Shown here: piece after piece, positions 1 through 10,552 of the stretch
Layout: each line of letters begins with the position of its first letter
How positions within the stretch are numbered: the stretch's first letter is position 1
Origin: Monocercomonoides exilis PA203
Taxonomy: Eukaryota; Protista; Preaxostyla
Length of the DNA: 64,000 bases
NCBI GenBank assembly: GCA_001643675.2
Contig: LSRY02000002.1
Span: 310,001 to 374,000 of the forward strand
Direction of reading: 5' to 3'
Notes under the pieces: model-generated
Database searches by the model: none
What the model saw: only the letters and a program-made list of their open reading frames with translations
Told to the model about the DNA's origin: nothing
Program-made: the position numbers and the translations under genes

Positions 1-339
1 CTCCCACAACACTCACTCCGCTTCCCACTTTCATATCAACCCGCTTCCAGCTCGGGTTTGTGTCGAACATCACAGCGCTGCAATCTCCTATGCTCGCTGA
101 AAACTTCTCCTTAAATTTTTCGAACAGATGCGACTGAAGTATCAACGAAATCAAAAACAGAACCATCACTTCTTGCACAGAGAAACCAACGAAGAAGATA
201 TGAAAAGCTTAACCCCCATCCACAAGTTTCCGCTAACCATCCACACTCACAACTCCGTCCTGTTGCATCTTGCGTTTCTTTTCATTCGAAATCCACTCAA
301 CACTCAGCTCAACCTTCTCATTGTCGTAACAGGCTGACA

Positions 340-1520
340 TGCGTCTCCTTCACCTCTTCATTGCACTTCTCGCTCAGCTGAAGAATCTTCCAATCACTTA
401 TCTTGATGAGATTGCCATTCTCCTGTTCTCCTCCATTAACCATTTGTCAGCTTCAATAGCCGCTTGTCATTTCAAAAATATTTCGTCCACATGTTGAACT
501 CCATAAACTTCTTATCCTTCTCCTGTTTCACCACTTAATGTTTTTTTTTCTCTTCTTATCCTCCTCCTCACTCTTATCCTTCTTCTTCCCCTTCTTCTGC
601 TTCTATTGCTTCTTCTCACTCCTCTAGAACAACCAGCACAATCGCTTCCATCACATGAACGACATCCTCCATCTTCAACATTTCCGCCTCCAGCGCCATC
701 TCCCAAACTTTTCCAGCACTTTGTTCACTGCAGCCACTGGCCGCATCACTTCCTCTTTCATCTTATTCGTCACCACAACGCTCCTCGACTTCATTGATTG
801 CAAAACCAGCCACGCCGTCTCCAACGGAAGCAGCTATGGACTAAAAAGATTTGTAGATCGATGGGAACGCATCCACACTTGCACAACAAACACATTCTTG
901 CTTTCCGACTTTATCAACGGCAATTCATCAATTGAAGAAAGCGGAGCAACCAGCACAATAGAAAGCATCACAGAAAGCACCACATCAGAAGTGCACACAA
1001 CGGCCACAAACAGCACAGCCCGCCGCGCAACAATATAACCCAGCAATTTCTGCAGCAGCATCTGCTTGTTACGTGCATACACGCCAGCCGCCTTAGGCAC
1101 CAAAATCCGCAGTCGAATCTCGATTTCATTCATAGCTGCTGCCGACATCTATGATGCCACCGCAGCCGAGACACCCGATGGATAAATCGCAGGTGCTGAT
1201 GAAGATACGGATGATTTATTACCCCTGTTGCATCCTTCTCTTTTCTTCTCAACATCAAGATTGAAGAGCCAAAATAGAGTAATGCTCCAGTTGAAGAAGA
1301 AAAAGAGGATAGAGAAAATTATAAAGGCGCAGAGTGAAGCGAAGACTTCAGTGAAGGATCAACCTCTGGAAGATTTTTCAGTTCCCCCCAAACGTCTATC
1401 CGTAGTTCTTCCAATAACAGGAACAACGCATTCGCATCAGGATCAGAAATGTTAATCATCCGCCAATTTTCCTGTTTTTGTGTGATAAGAACTTTTTAAC
1501 AATAAATACTCCTTGCAATG
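340..1520 (-). pseudogene. Degenerate coding relic of unknown family (stops and frameshifts)
   Basis: GC-richer block. The minus strand gives protein-like pieces (RMINISDPDANALFLLLEELRIDVW; MSAAAMNEIEIRLRILVPKAAGVYARNKQMLLQKLLGYIVARRAVLF, ORF 834-1148) broken by stops and frame changes, preceded by a pyrimidine tract+AG at ~1515-1540. No intact long ORF on either strand; boundaries approximate. Confidence 0.45.
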
Positions 1521-2250
1521 TCTAAAAGTGAAAAGAAAAAGATAAGAAAAAAGCAAAAGAGAAAATTTCCTCCACAAAAGATGTGATTCGTCATTTGATT
1601 CAAAAAATGATTAATATCATTTTGAAATATTGATTTCAGGTCTTTTAATGTTGATATTGCAGATAATATTAGATTTTTTTAAAACATAAGTAATCAATTA
1701 ATTTGTTTTAATTCTTGAATATAATTTTTATTTCATGAGTATTATTACGTTTGAATTCTCGTTATCATTAACTTTCAAAAAATAACACAAGACATACGAC
1801 TTTTCACCTTTTCGTTTTTTCAATTCATTGAAATAATGAAATGTTTATGAAAGTTCAAAAAATCAAAATGTCTTTTCAAATGGATGAAACAAAAAAGGCA
1901 AAAATTTATGGAAATAAGTGTTTGCAACAAATAACAACAAATAGTTTATTTTTTAAATCAAATATGAAAAGTGAATTCAAAAATTTTGTGAAATAGATCT
2001 TTTTGAAACTTTATATTCGATGATATATGAAATAAATACAAATGTGGAATTCACAAAAATAAATGATGGGAACGGAATGATCAACATTTAATGTTCATTT
2101 TTTAAGGGATAAAACTAAAATCTTGCAGCTTCTCACAGAAAAATACCCATTTGTTATTATTATAAATATTCCTATTAAAATAATTTGTTTTTTTCACCAA
2201 TTCAATCTGTCACATTTGAAGTGTCGAATTTAATGATCCCATAAAAAATC

Positions 2251-2580
2251 ACCCATATATATAAGACACACAATGTCCTTCGCGCTAAGAAAGAGACGAT
2301 GTTTGCTTTATAAAGTTCTATAAGAGACTTCTTTTCGGCATTTGCGGAATCTGAAGAACCATTTTCCTTCGCTTCCTCTAATCAAAATCTTTAATGAACG
2401 ACAAGTTGCTATTGGGCATCTTCTGACAGTGTTAATCACATTTTTGTGAAGCCATTGCATGGTTTCTCCATTATCTCAAAAAATCTTCAATAAGTTATGA
2501 TTTTCCTCCATTAAATGATAAAATGCTTGACATTCGTTAATGTTTTTGGTATAATAGATATACTCATCAATATTAAAACA
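2251..2580 (-). mobile_element. Relic of a Merlin/IS1595(ISXO2)-like transposase N-terminal Zn-ribbon region
   Basis: Manual single-frame translation: FNIDEYIYYTKNINECQAFYHLMEENHNLLKIF*DNGETMQWLHKNVINTVRRCPIATCRSLKILIRGSEGKWFFRFRKCRKEVSYRTL*SKHRLFLSAKDIVCLIYM. This fits the pattern WL...CP..C...W.(C)..CRK.VS.R...L....I..LIY. Two stops, one Cys lost, no DDE core seen. Confidence 0.5.
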
Positions 2581-2908
2581 AACAATTTTGTGCACCTATT
2601 TTTGGATCTCGAATGGGTTGATCAAAATTTTTTTTCAATAAAATCTGATTTTTCCACTAATTAACGATTGAATAATCTTTTCAAATGTGCTATAAACATA
2701 TGATCTAAAGTTTATCTTTAATTTGGCAAGGTGGCGTATAAGTACCATATGCTCAAATTTTGCTGTCTTTGAAACAAATCCTTGACAACGTTATAATATC
2801 AGTTTTGGTGTGGTTTCGTGAGTGAAAACAGAAATTTGATCGAAATATGATATTTTTATTTTTTGGAAAATTAAACAAAAGGAACTTTTCAAAATAATTT
2901 AGACATAT

Positions 2909-3090
2909 GGGATGATATTTTTTGCTTTATGAATTTTGTTCCATCCTGAATATTCGAACCTATTTCTCATTTTTTTTTTTAGTTTTTCCGTATTTTTTTG
3001 ACATGGAAATGAAAGACTTATAATGATAAAGCTGGAGAAAAAGTTTGGAACAAATCGTTGTTTTTTTCATAAAAGCAAGAATTTTGTCCC
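2909..3090. mobile_element. 182-bp MITE-like element with imperfect TIRs, GGG...CCC ends, ATAT on both flanks
   Basis: Left GGGATGATATTTTTTGCTTTATGAATTTTGTTCCA (2909-2943) is the imperfect reverse complement of TGGAACAAA...TTCATAAAAGCAAGAATTTTGTCCC (3046-3090). ATAT at 2905-2908 and 3091-3094. Confidence 0.55.
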
Positions 3091-3704
3091 ATATCTCAAA
3101 AAAAAAAAAATTATATTCATTGTCGATTAATAAAATAAAAATTAATTTTCAGAACACTATGAGTTTATTATCAAAGATATTCGTCTTTTGCCAAATAACA
3201 AATATTTTTTATATTAATCAGGAAATATTAATCGGAACAAGGCACGAAGAAATAATTCAATCAAATAAAAAAATGAAAAAATTGTCAAAGAAAATTTTCG
3301 TTTATTTGCTTGATGGATTAAAATAACCATCATTATTGAAAAAGAAACTGCAAATGAAATAATTATTTGTAAGAAAATTAACTGCAATTTGATAAAAGAA
3401 TAAAAAATTGTTTGCTTGAAATAGAGAATTTCAACATTAATGACAAACAAACAATTATCAATGTATTGAAGAATGATTGCAAATTAATGGAAGGAAAACA
3501 GGATGTATGAGACAAGATGAAAATAAATCAAAGGAAATTTATGTGAATTGATTTGAAGGTAAAATAAAGAGAACAATAAAAGAGATATTATGCAAGGAAA
3601 GGAAAACGAGAGGAGAGAACAGACTGAAGATAAGCATGAAGTGTTCGCTTGATGGATGTAACATCAAAATTTCGAATTATATCAAAATATCAAAAAAAAA
3701 ATGT

Positions 3705-6700
3705 TCAAAGCTCTCCTTTTCGGATGAGCTCGACCCATTCGCGGTTGTAAAGCTCAAACTTGCGCTGCCTTATGATTTCTCCTAGTTTCGGAGCAAATTC
3801 CTGAAAAAATATCAAAAAGATGAAAAGAAAGAAAGAAATTAATAATTGAATAAAAAATGAAATAAAAAATAAAAAAGATAAATACAATTGAATGCTTTTT
3901 ATATAAAAAAATTAAAAATACACACTGAAATGAGATCGAGAGAAAGATCAGCCACTTTCCTCAGCTGCTCGTCCTGATGATCGTAAATTACGTGCAGATC
4001 ATATCCAATCAGCGACCCTGCATGTTCCATCACCTGATTGCGTGTGCTTTCAGAAAGAAGGAAGTTGTAGAAAATTGTGATGCAGCACGAGAAGAGATCA
4101 GGATCATAGTAGTTGTCTGAAGCAAATGCCAATTATGCCATTTAATAACAGTCATTTTCATTGAAAAAGAAAGAAAAAGAATGAAAAAAAAAAAAGAAAA
4201 GAAAAAAATAAAAATGAAGATAAATATTAACAATTCAGTAATTCAAACTTTGAAGCACAGCCATCAGCAGCGAAACCCAGTTTGTAGAAGCGAATATGGG
4301 CATCATATCTGGCAATGCAGACAGCCCCCCAATCAGCCTCACAATCTCCATGATCATGCTGTTCTCTTCTTCCTCTTCCTCAACGTCTTCATGGTCAAAC
4401 GAGCTGTCATAGCCAGACTCCATGCTCTCTTTCATTTGCTCCTCCTTTATCCTTTTCCGCTCCATCTGCTTGTCCATCTCGCCTGCCATCATTTGCGCCA
4501 AAAGCGGCAGCAAATCACACGACATGGCACACTTGGCCAGATCGACATAAGCTGGATCCACTGTAGATATAATAGACAGCACATCAGGCAATATCGAGTG
4601 ATGGTTCGCATCCTCTTCTCCATCAACGCTTCTTCTTCTGCCTTTTCTCAGCTTGTCGTGGGCTCGCTGTCTTGCCTCTCTTTCTGCCTCGCCTTTTGTC
4701 AGATCAATGAGCGGGGGCAAAAGACGGTTGAACTGCGAAACATACTCTGCGTGATGCGAAGCCAAGTTGCGTAGCAGCCGAAAGAGAAGCGGATTCAGCG
4801 AGACAATCGCAGCCTCCATCAAACGGAGCAGACCTCGGCCGCCCGAAGCAGCAGCGATTTTAATAGCAGAAGGAAGTGTCTGCGAAAGTGTGAGAAGCAG
4901 AGCAATCACATCAGACATGAATGCCTTGTCGACTGTCGCGTACGGCGATGCAGAAAGAGGCGAAGGTGAGGCAGAAGATGAAGCAAGAGGAGAAGAAGCA
5001 GCAGCGTTGTTTGTAACAAACGAAACAAGTGCCGGAACGAGAGTCGTATGACTTGTCAAAACCTCTTCTGAATTGTTCACTTGGAGAAGATTAAAGATGA
5101 TATGCAAGCACTGAAGTACCCCAACACCCGACCTTCCCAAGTCTCTCAGCTCAGCAGTCGGTATGCCATCGCCCATGTCGTCCAAATCATCAACGTCCCC
5201 TCCTTCATCCGCTGGACTGGCAGCGCCTTTCTTCTTCTTCTTCTTCTTCTTTGCGCTGGTGCTTCTGCTTCTCCTCTCTCCGCCTCCAGCGGCGTTGATG
5301 ATCCACACGATTGTCTGCAGCAGCTGCAGCCGGCGGAGCATCTGAGTGCGATGGCGCGGGTTGAACGAGAGATTCAGAAGGAGGCGAAGTGTGGCGTCGA
5401 GGATGGTGATGTCTGAATGCACAGATGGCAGCACTTCCTCAGAAAGAGCAGAAGAAGGGGATGTGGTGGCTGATGTTGCTGAGAGAGAAGATGATTGTGA
5501 TTCTGGTGTGGCAGAAGAAGACGAGGAAGACGAGGAAGACGATTGCGAAGTGGATGATATGGATAGTCTGGAGGAGGTTGGGCGGGGTGCTCCGACAATC
5601 TTTGCCAGTGCTGCTGCTCCAGCTGCGTTGTTCAGTCCGCACCCATCCAGAACAACCATCTGAAGTTTCTCAATCACAGACCCGCGAGACATCAGAGCAT
5701 CCTGCGTGACAGGATCTGCAGAGACAGAAAGCTTCTTCAGAAAGACAAGAGCCAAGTTCACCAGATCGCCGAAGTCGAAGTCGAGCATCGGCAGCAGCTG
5801 CCCAACCAGCCCGCGCTCCACCATGTTGCACTCTTCCTCTTCGACCTCGGCCACATTCAGCAGAAAGTGGAAGGACGAGTAAAACAGCATCTTCTGCTGC
5901 TCCAGTTGCTGCGCCAGCTGATCCTCCATCTTGCGGATGGCTTCTTCGCTCTGGAAAATCTCCATTCGCGATGGCTGAGTCTCAGACTGCTGCATTGCTG
6001 CAAGTGCTTCTTTTCTTTTCTTGATTCGTATTCTGAGCTGTCGATTCTTCTCCAATTCTTCAGCCACAACTGCTTGTACAAGTTCGGGTATTTTGTTGTA
6101 GATCAATCCTTTTAAGAAATTTGTATAGTGAGAAATACAGAAAAAGATGAGTACAATATTCAGTGCAAGATTTGATGATCTTGATTGCTTTTCACCCAAA
6201 AGCCGTTGAATAGCATTCATCAGTCCAATATTTCTTACAAGTTTCCCTAAGTTCTCTTGATCTTGTGCAAGTTCAAGAATTCGCGATGCTCCTTTTGTTT
6301 GTTCGTCTGGATTTTCATCGTAGAGGAGTTCAATATAAACTTGCAGTTCATCCATTCGAGCTGCTTGAGTTTTTGGAATTTGACGAAGCTGCTTTTTCAT
6401 TGCGCCGTTCATTAAAGAGTCTCTTCTTTTTTTATCAACAGTTAAATCTAATTTATATGGAAAGAGTTATGAAATAGTTATAGTTTTCAAAACTTAATTT
6501 CGAAAAATCGCCAAACTCGCGCTCTTTCCTGGAGAAAATTTGAGTTTAATTAATTGTCGGAGCCTTTCTTCAATTAATGGATATTTTTGTCTTGGGATCA
6601 ACCCTTGAGCTTGCTGAAACACCATTTGAGCAGTTTTGGGAATATTCATAAACTCGCTCAAAGCTGTCAAGACAATCCTATTTTTGGATAAAACAATAAC

Positions 6701-6916
6701 CATTTAAATCTAATCATTAATGCATGAAAAAAAGTTTCATCACTTTTTTGAATGAGGTTTCTTTTCCGAATGAACAACTTTTCCTTCAAAATCTAACAGT
6801 TGGACAGTAATGATTGACTGGATAACAAGAGCACTATTATCCGTGTCAACATCAATATCAGAAAATTCTACAATTCTTCTGATATTTTGAGCAGATTTGA
6901 AGGCATCAATGCTCAT
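3705..6916 (-). CDS. KAP3: Kinesin-associated protein 3 (kinesin-2 accessory subunit); 5 exons: 6916-6744, 6677-6517, 6447-4249, 4116-3926, 3800-3705; ~939 aa
   Basis: Frame-consistent GT-AG joins. N-term DIDVDTDNSALVIQ...HSEKKPHSKKIVLTALS...LIEERLRQL; core YIELLYDE...KGASRILELAQDQENL, LLNVAE, LVFLKKLSV, LRLLLNLSFN; C-term IIRQRKFELYNREWVELI. All match KAP3/KIFAP3 motifs. Confidence 0.92.
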
Positions 6917-7127
6917 ACTGGCGAAGTTTTTTTAACTGACTTGATCAAATTTTAAAATGAATATATATGTGGATCGAAAGCAAACAAAAAAACAAAAATC
7001 CCTAAAAAACTATCAAGAATGAGAACTCTGCATTTCTTCTCTTTTGGACAAGTTAAGAAATATTTTTGGATTTTCCATAATTAATTAGCTTTGTCTTGAG
7101 TTCAATTGAAAAAAACTAATTTCAAAG
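6917..7127. promoter_or_regulatory. 211-bp divergent intergenic region (probable bidirectional promoter) between KAP3 and CLASP
   Basis: Predicted ATGs at 6916 (-) and 7128 (+) face away from each other across a short AT-rich spacer. Confidence 0.5.
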
Positions 7128-10100
7128 ATGCGGTCTTCACATAATGTTTGCGAAATAAAACCAATATATTATACGAATGACAAAGCTCTTTGCCAGCGCA
7201 TGGATGATATCGTAAAAACATTTGAAAGAGTAAAAATCAAAGAAGACGAGTGGAATAATCGTTTAAATGCAATTCAAACCATGCATGGACTTGTACTTGG
7301 GGGGTGCGCGCAACAAAAAGTGTTTATTCAATATCTTCAAGGTCCACTTCATACATATATTTGCCAACAATTTACGGATCCTCGCTCAACAATCGTTAAA
7401 GAACTTGGCTCAACATTTTCTGATATGGTTGCAAGTTGTGGTCAAAGTTTTGAGAGCGTAATGGATTTTTTTATGGAAGATATAATCAAGCTTCTTGGGT
7501 CCACAAATAGTGTTATGAAAGAATGTGGTCATCGATGCATGATGTCTATCTTACGAAATTGTTCATGCAACAAGACTTTTCCATATTTAATAAAATCAGT
7601 TACAACAAAGGGAAATTCTGTATATGTTCGGCAAAGATCTGCAGAATATATTCGATTTGTTTTGATTGCTCAAGAATTTATTAACCAGGAATATCATCTA
7701 CCTTCAGATAAACCTAATCTTCTTTTAATCCAACTTTCTGAGAAAAATATATTGCTTTTAGAAGATAATATCATATCAATTATGCAAGATGCAGATCAGG
7801 AGGTTCGAACAACTGGTCGTCAGTGTTACTGGCTATTTAACGAGATATTTCCTGAAAGAACAGAACGAATAAAAACTTTAATTGAATACAAAATATTGGA
7901 ACTTCTTAACACAGAAAAAGAAACATTACAGTCGCAAATCAACAATCATAGACAGCGGATTATAGACGGGAACGATGCGATAGCCCCTCCTCGATTGTCT
8001 TCTTCTAAACATCTGTCTTCTCAGTCAACTCTGAATACACTTTCTTCTTCTCCTCGTTCAATGCCTTCCAGCCCGCCCAGTTCTCAACCACTTTCTTGTT
8101 CCCAAGAGCCAATTTCACTTCAGCCTTCACCTTCTTTTTCAGCAGGCTCAGCCACAGTTCAGACTTCATCTCTTCCACATCCTTCTTCTGCCTCTTCTTC
8201 TTTGAATGATTCGCATCCGAATGTTCGACAAGCATCTGCAATTACACCACCGCCTCCTCCTCCACCTCCACCACCTTCAGCTCCACTACAGCTGTCTCCA
8301 ATTGACTCTCATGCAACAACAGAAACTTCAAAGACTTTGATTCAAATATCATCAAGATCTCATTCTCCTTCTTTGCCATCTTCATTTCCTTCTTCACTTG
8401 CATCTTCGAGCGAATCATTTCATTCCATTCAGAACGAAGATTTTCAGTCAATTTCATCAGCGCCATTTTTGCCACCGCATTCGTGTCCATTGCCCCCTTC
8501 TCCTTCTCTTTCACTCTCTCCTTCAACATCTCCCATTCCCACTTTTATCAATTCTCCCTCTCCTTCTCCACCACCGCCACCTCCTCCCCTTCATTTGTCC
8601 ACTCTTTCACCAACACCCTTTTCTAATTACACCCGTTCTGCTTCATCGACGCCTTCTTCTGCTTCTCCTTTGCCTCCTCCTCCTTCTCCTCCAAAGTCAA
8701 TCAATTGTGCGAATTTGCCTTTGCCTCCTCAGCAGCTCCCATCTGAAGCAGACATCGCCAACAAAGCTGTCAGTCCTGTGCCACTTCCTGCTATTCCTAC
8801 TTCGGCTGTGCAATCAACTTGCCTTCCAACATCATCTGCTCCACAAAACAATGTGGCAAAAAATGCAGATGAGTCATCTTTCCATTCAGCCATTCCATTT
8901 TCGTCAAATTCCTTTGCTAAAAAAGTGTTCGAAGATTCGCTTCAGCAAAGTGTTATTGAACCAGCCAAAGAAGCAGAATCTTCTTTGACTGAAGATGAAG
9001 CAAGGCTGCTTTTGACATCTACGCCAACAACGCAAATGAATGAAGACGTCTTTTTCTCTGTTGTTGAGGCACATTTCATCCTTCCCCTCCAAAAACATTT
9101 CGCAGAAAGTAGAGTTTCTTCCATTTCATCTGTCAATTCAAATAATGCGAACAATCAAGAAGTGATTGATTCGTGTGAGCGTATGTTCAAACTGATACTT
9201 TCACATCATTTTCCATTGTTAATTCTGCCTCAAAAGCGCACAGAAGACAAAGATTTGCTCTCTTTCAATTCATCTTCCTCTTCTTCTGATCCGTCTCAGC
9301 CATGTTCTTCTTTCATTTCTTCCATTTCCTCTGACAGTTCATCAGTTCACCAAACATTTTCTCCTTGTCTTCTTCCTCTTCTCCAAATATTCGCATATGC
9401 CGATGATTCAGCAGCAGATTCAGATTCCGTTCTTCGAATATCTTCCCTTTTTGATTCATTTGTCGTTGAACTTGTGAAAAATGTTGGCAAAACAGAGAGT
9501 TCGACAAGTCTTCAGAATGAAAATGATGATGAGTCAGCAATGCAACATGATGAGCATTCAGCAATAGAAGCAGCTACAAATCTTCTTCATGAATTCTCAG
9601 AAGAGCCAAGCAGAATTGAAGCAATGGAATCATCTGATTTTGTTGCATCTTCGTCAGAGCAAATCAAAATGGTGAAAACTGTTCTGGAAGCTGTTCATAT
9701 ACAGTTGGAGAAGTGTTTGAAGGATAACAGCAATTCGTTGAATGCGAATGAAGATGGAAATTTAGAGTCAAATTCTTTGGTCAGTGCACAAAAGCCTTCT
9801 TCTTCTTCTTCTGCTTCTGCTTCTTATCCAGGTGAGAGCACTTCTTCACAGGCAAATTCATTTCAACAGCATTCTCCTTCGAACGATAAAGTTGTGAAGA
9901 GATTGTTGGGATTTATCGTGAAAATAATAGAAGCATTTTCAGAGAGTGTTTCAAAGTCATATTTATTGAATGACATATCATCATCATCATCTTTTTCTTC
10001 ATCAGTGAAAACAGACTGTTTCTCAAGTTCAGATTTGCCACAAAATTCTGTTTCAGAATTTATTTCAAAAATAAGATCATTTTTGTTTTATCGCTTTCGG

Positions 10101-10301
10101 AATAGCATTCTTCATCTTCTGTCCAGTTCATCATCACTTTTGAGAATGAATGTGTTGGATTGTGTAGCAAGCATTTTATATAAGTGTACTCAAATGGACC
10201 TTTCACCTGCAATTGAGCCATTCTCCGAAGCATACAAAAGGCTTCTGAAAGCGCATATACAAATGAAGCAATCAAGACAAATTGTAGATGGACTTCTTTA
10301 A
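7128..10301 (+). CDS. CLASP: CLASP-family microtubule regulator (CLASP_N/TOG domain, Pro/Ser-rich linker, C-terminal HEAT-like region); 1057 aa
   Basis: EWNNRLNAI, DPRSTIVKE, VRQRSAEYI and QDADQEVRTTGRQCYWLF...PERTERI are CLASP_N hallmarks. C-terminal LRMNVLDCV...AYKRLLKAHI resembles the CLASP C-terminus. Confidence 0.82.
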   Translation: MRSSHNVCEIKPIYYTNDKALCQRMDDIVKTFERVKIKEDEWNNRLNAIQTMHGLVLGGCAQQKVFIQYLQGPLHTYICQQFTDPRSTIVKELGSTFSDMVASCGQSFESVMDFFMEDIIKLLGSTNSVMKECGHRCMMSILRNCSCNKTFPYLIKSVTTKGNSVYVRQRSAEYIRFVLIAQEFINQEYHLPSDKPNLLLIQLSEKNILLLEDNIISIMQDADQEVRTTGRQCYWLFNEIFPERTERIKTLIEYKILELLNTEKETLQSQINNHRQRIIDGNDAIAPPRLSSSKHLSSQSTLNTLSSSPRSMPSSPPSSQPLSCSQEPISLQPSPSFSAGSATVQTSSLPHPSSASSSLNDSHPNVRQASAITPPPPPPPPPPSAPLQLSPIDSHATTETSKTLIQISSRSHSPSLPSSFPSSLASSSESFHSIQNEDFQSISSAPFLPPHSCPLPPSPSLSLSPSTSPIPTFINSPSPSPPPPPPPLHLSTLSPTPFSNYTRSASSTPSSASPLPPPPSPPKSINCANLPLPPQQLPSEADIANKAVSPVPLPAIPTSAVQSTCLPTSSAPQNNVAKNADESSFHSAIPFSSNSFAKKVFEDSLQQSVIEPAKEAESSLTEDEARLLLTSTPTTQMNEDVFFSVVEAHFILPLQKHFAESRVSSISSVNSNNANNQEVIDSCERMFKLILSHHFPLLILPQKRTEDKDLLSFNSSSSSSDPSQPCSSFISSISSDSSSVHQTFSPCLLPLLQIFAYADDSAADSDSVLRISSLFDSFVVELVKNVGKTESSTSLQNENDDESAMQHDEHSAIEAATNLLHEFSEEPSRIEAMESSDFVASSSEQIKMVKTVLEAVHIQLEKCLKDNSNSLNANEDGNLESNSLVSAQKPSSSSSASASYPGESTSSQANSFQQHSPSNDKVVKRLLGFIVKIIEAFSESVSKSYLLNDISSSSSFSSSVKTDCFSSSDLPQNSVSEFISKIRSFLFYRFRNSILHLLSSSSSLLRMNVLDCVASILYKCTQMDLSPAIEPFSEAYKRLLKAHIQMKQSRQIVDGLL

Positions 10302-10552
10302 AGATTTTGTCAAATTAAGTTTTTTATGATTTTCTGTTTTTTGTTATGTTAAATCCATATAATAATAAATTTTTGATTTGAAATTTCTTTTCAAACAAAG
10401 AAAATTCTATTGTTGTGTTAAAACGCATTTGTTTTCCAGAAGTTACCCTTAATTAGGGAAATTTCAATTTTAAGTTTGATAAGCATTTTCTGTGAGAGTA
10501 ATAGAGTAAGCTTGATTCCATCAACAAAAATTGACACGCAAATAACTTTTCA

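Noticed and set aside
6494-6703. 69-aa ORF as an independent gene
   Set aside because: It is KAP3 exon 2 with intron overhangs; ORFs 3705-3887 and 3899-4132 are likewise KAP3 exons.
7019-7109. Upstream ATG, possibly spliced (GT 7052-AG 7088) into the CLASP frame and ending in TGA 18 nt before the ATG
   Set aside because: The 37-nt intron is shorter than all others here, the TSS is unknown and no SECIS is evident; chance is likely.
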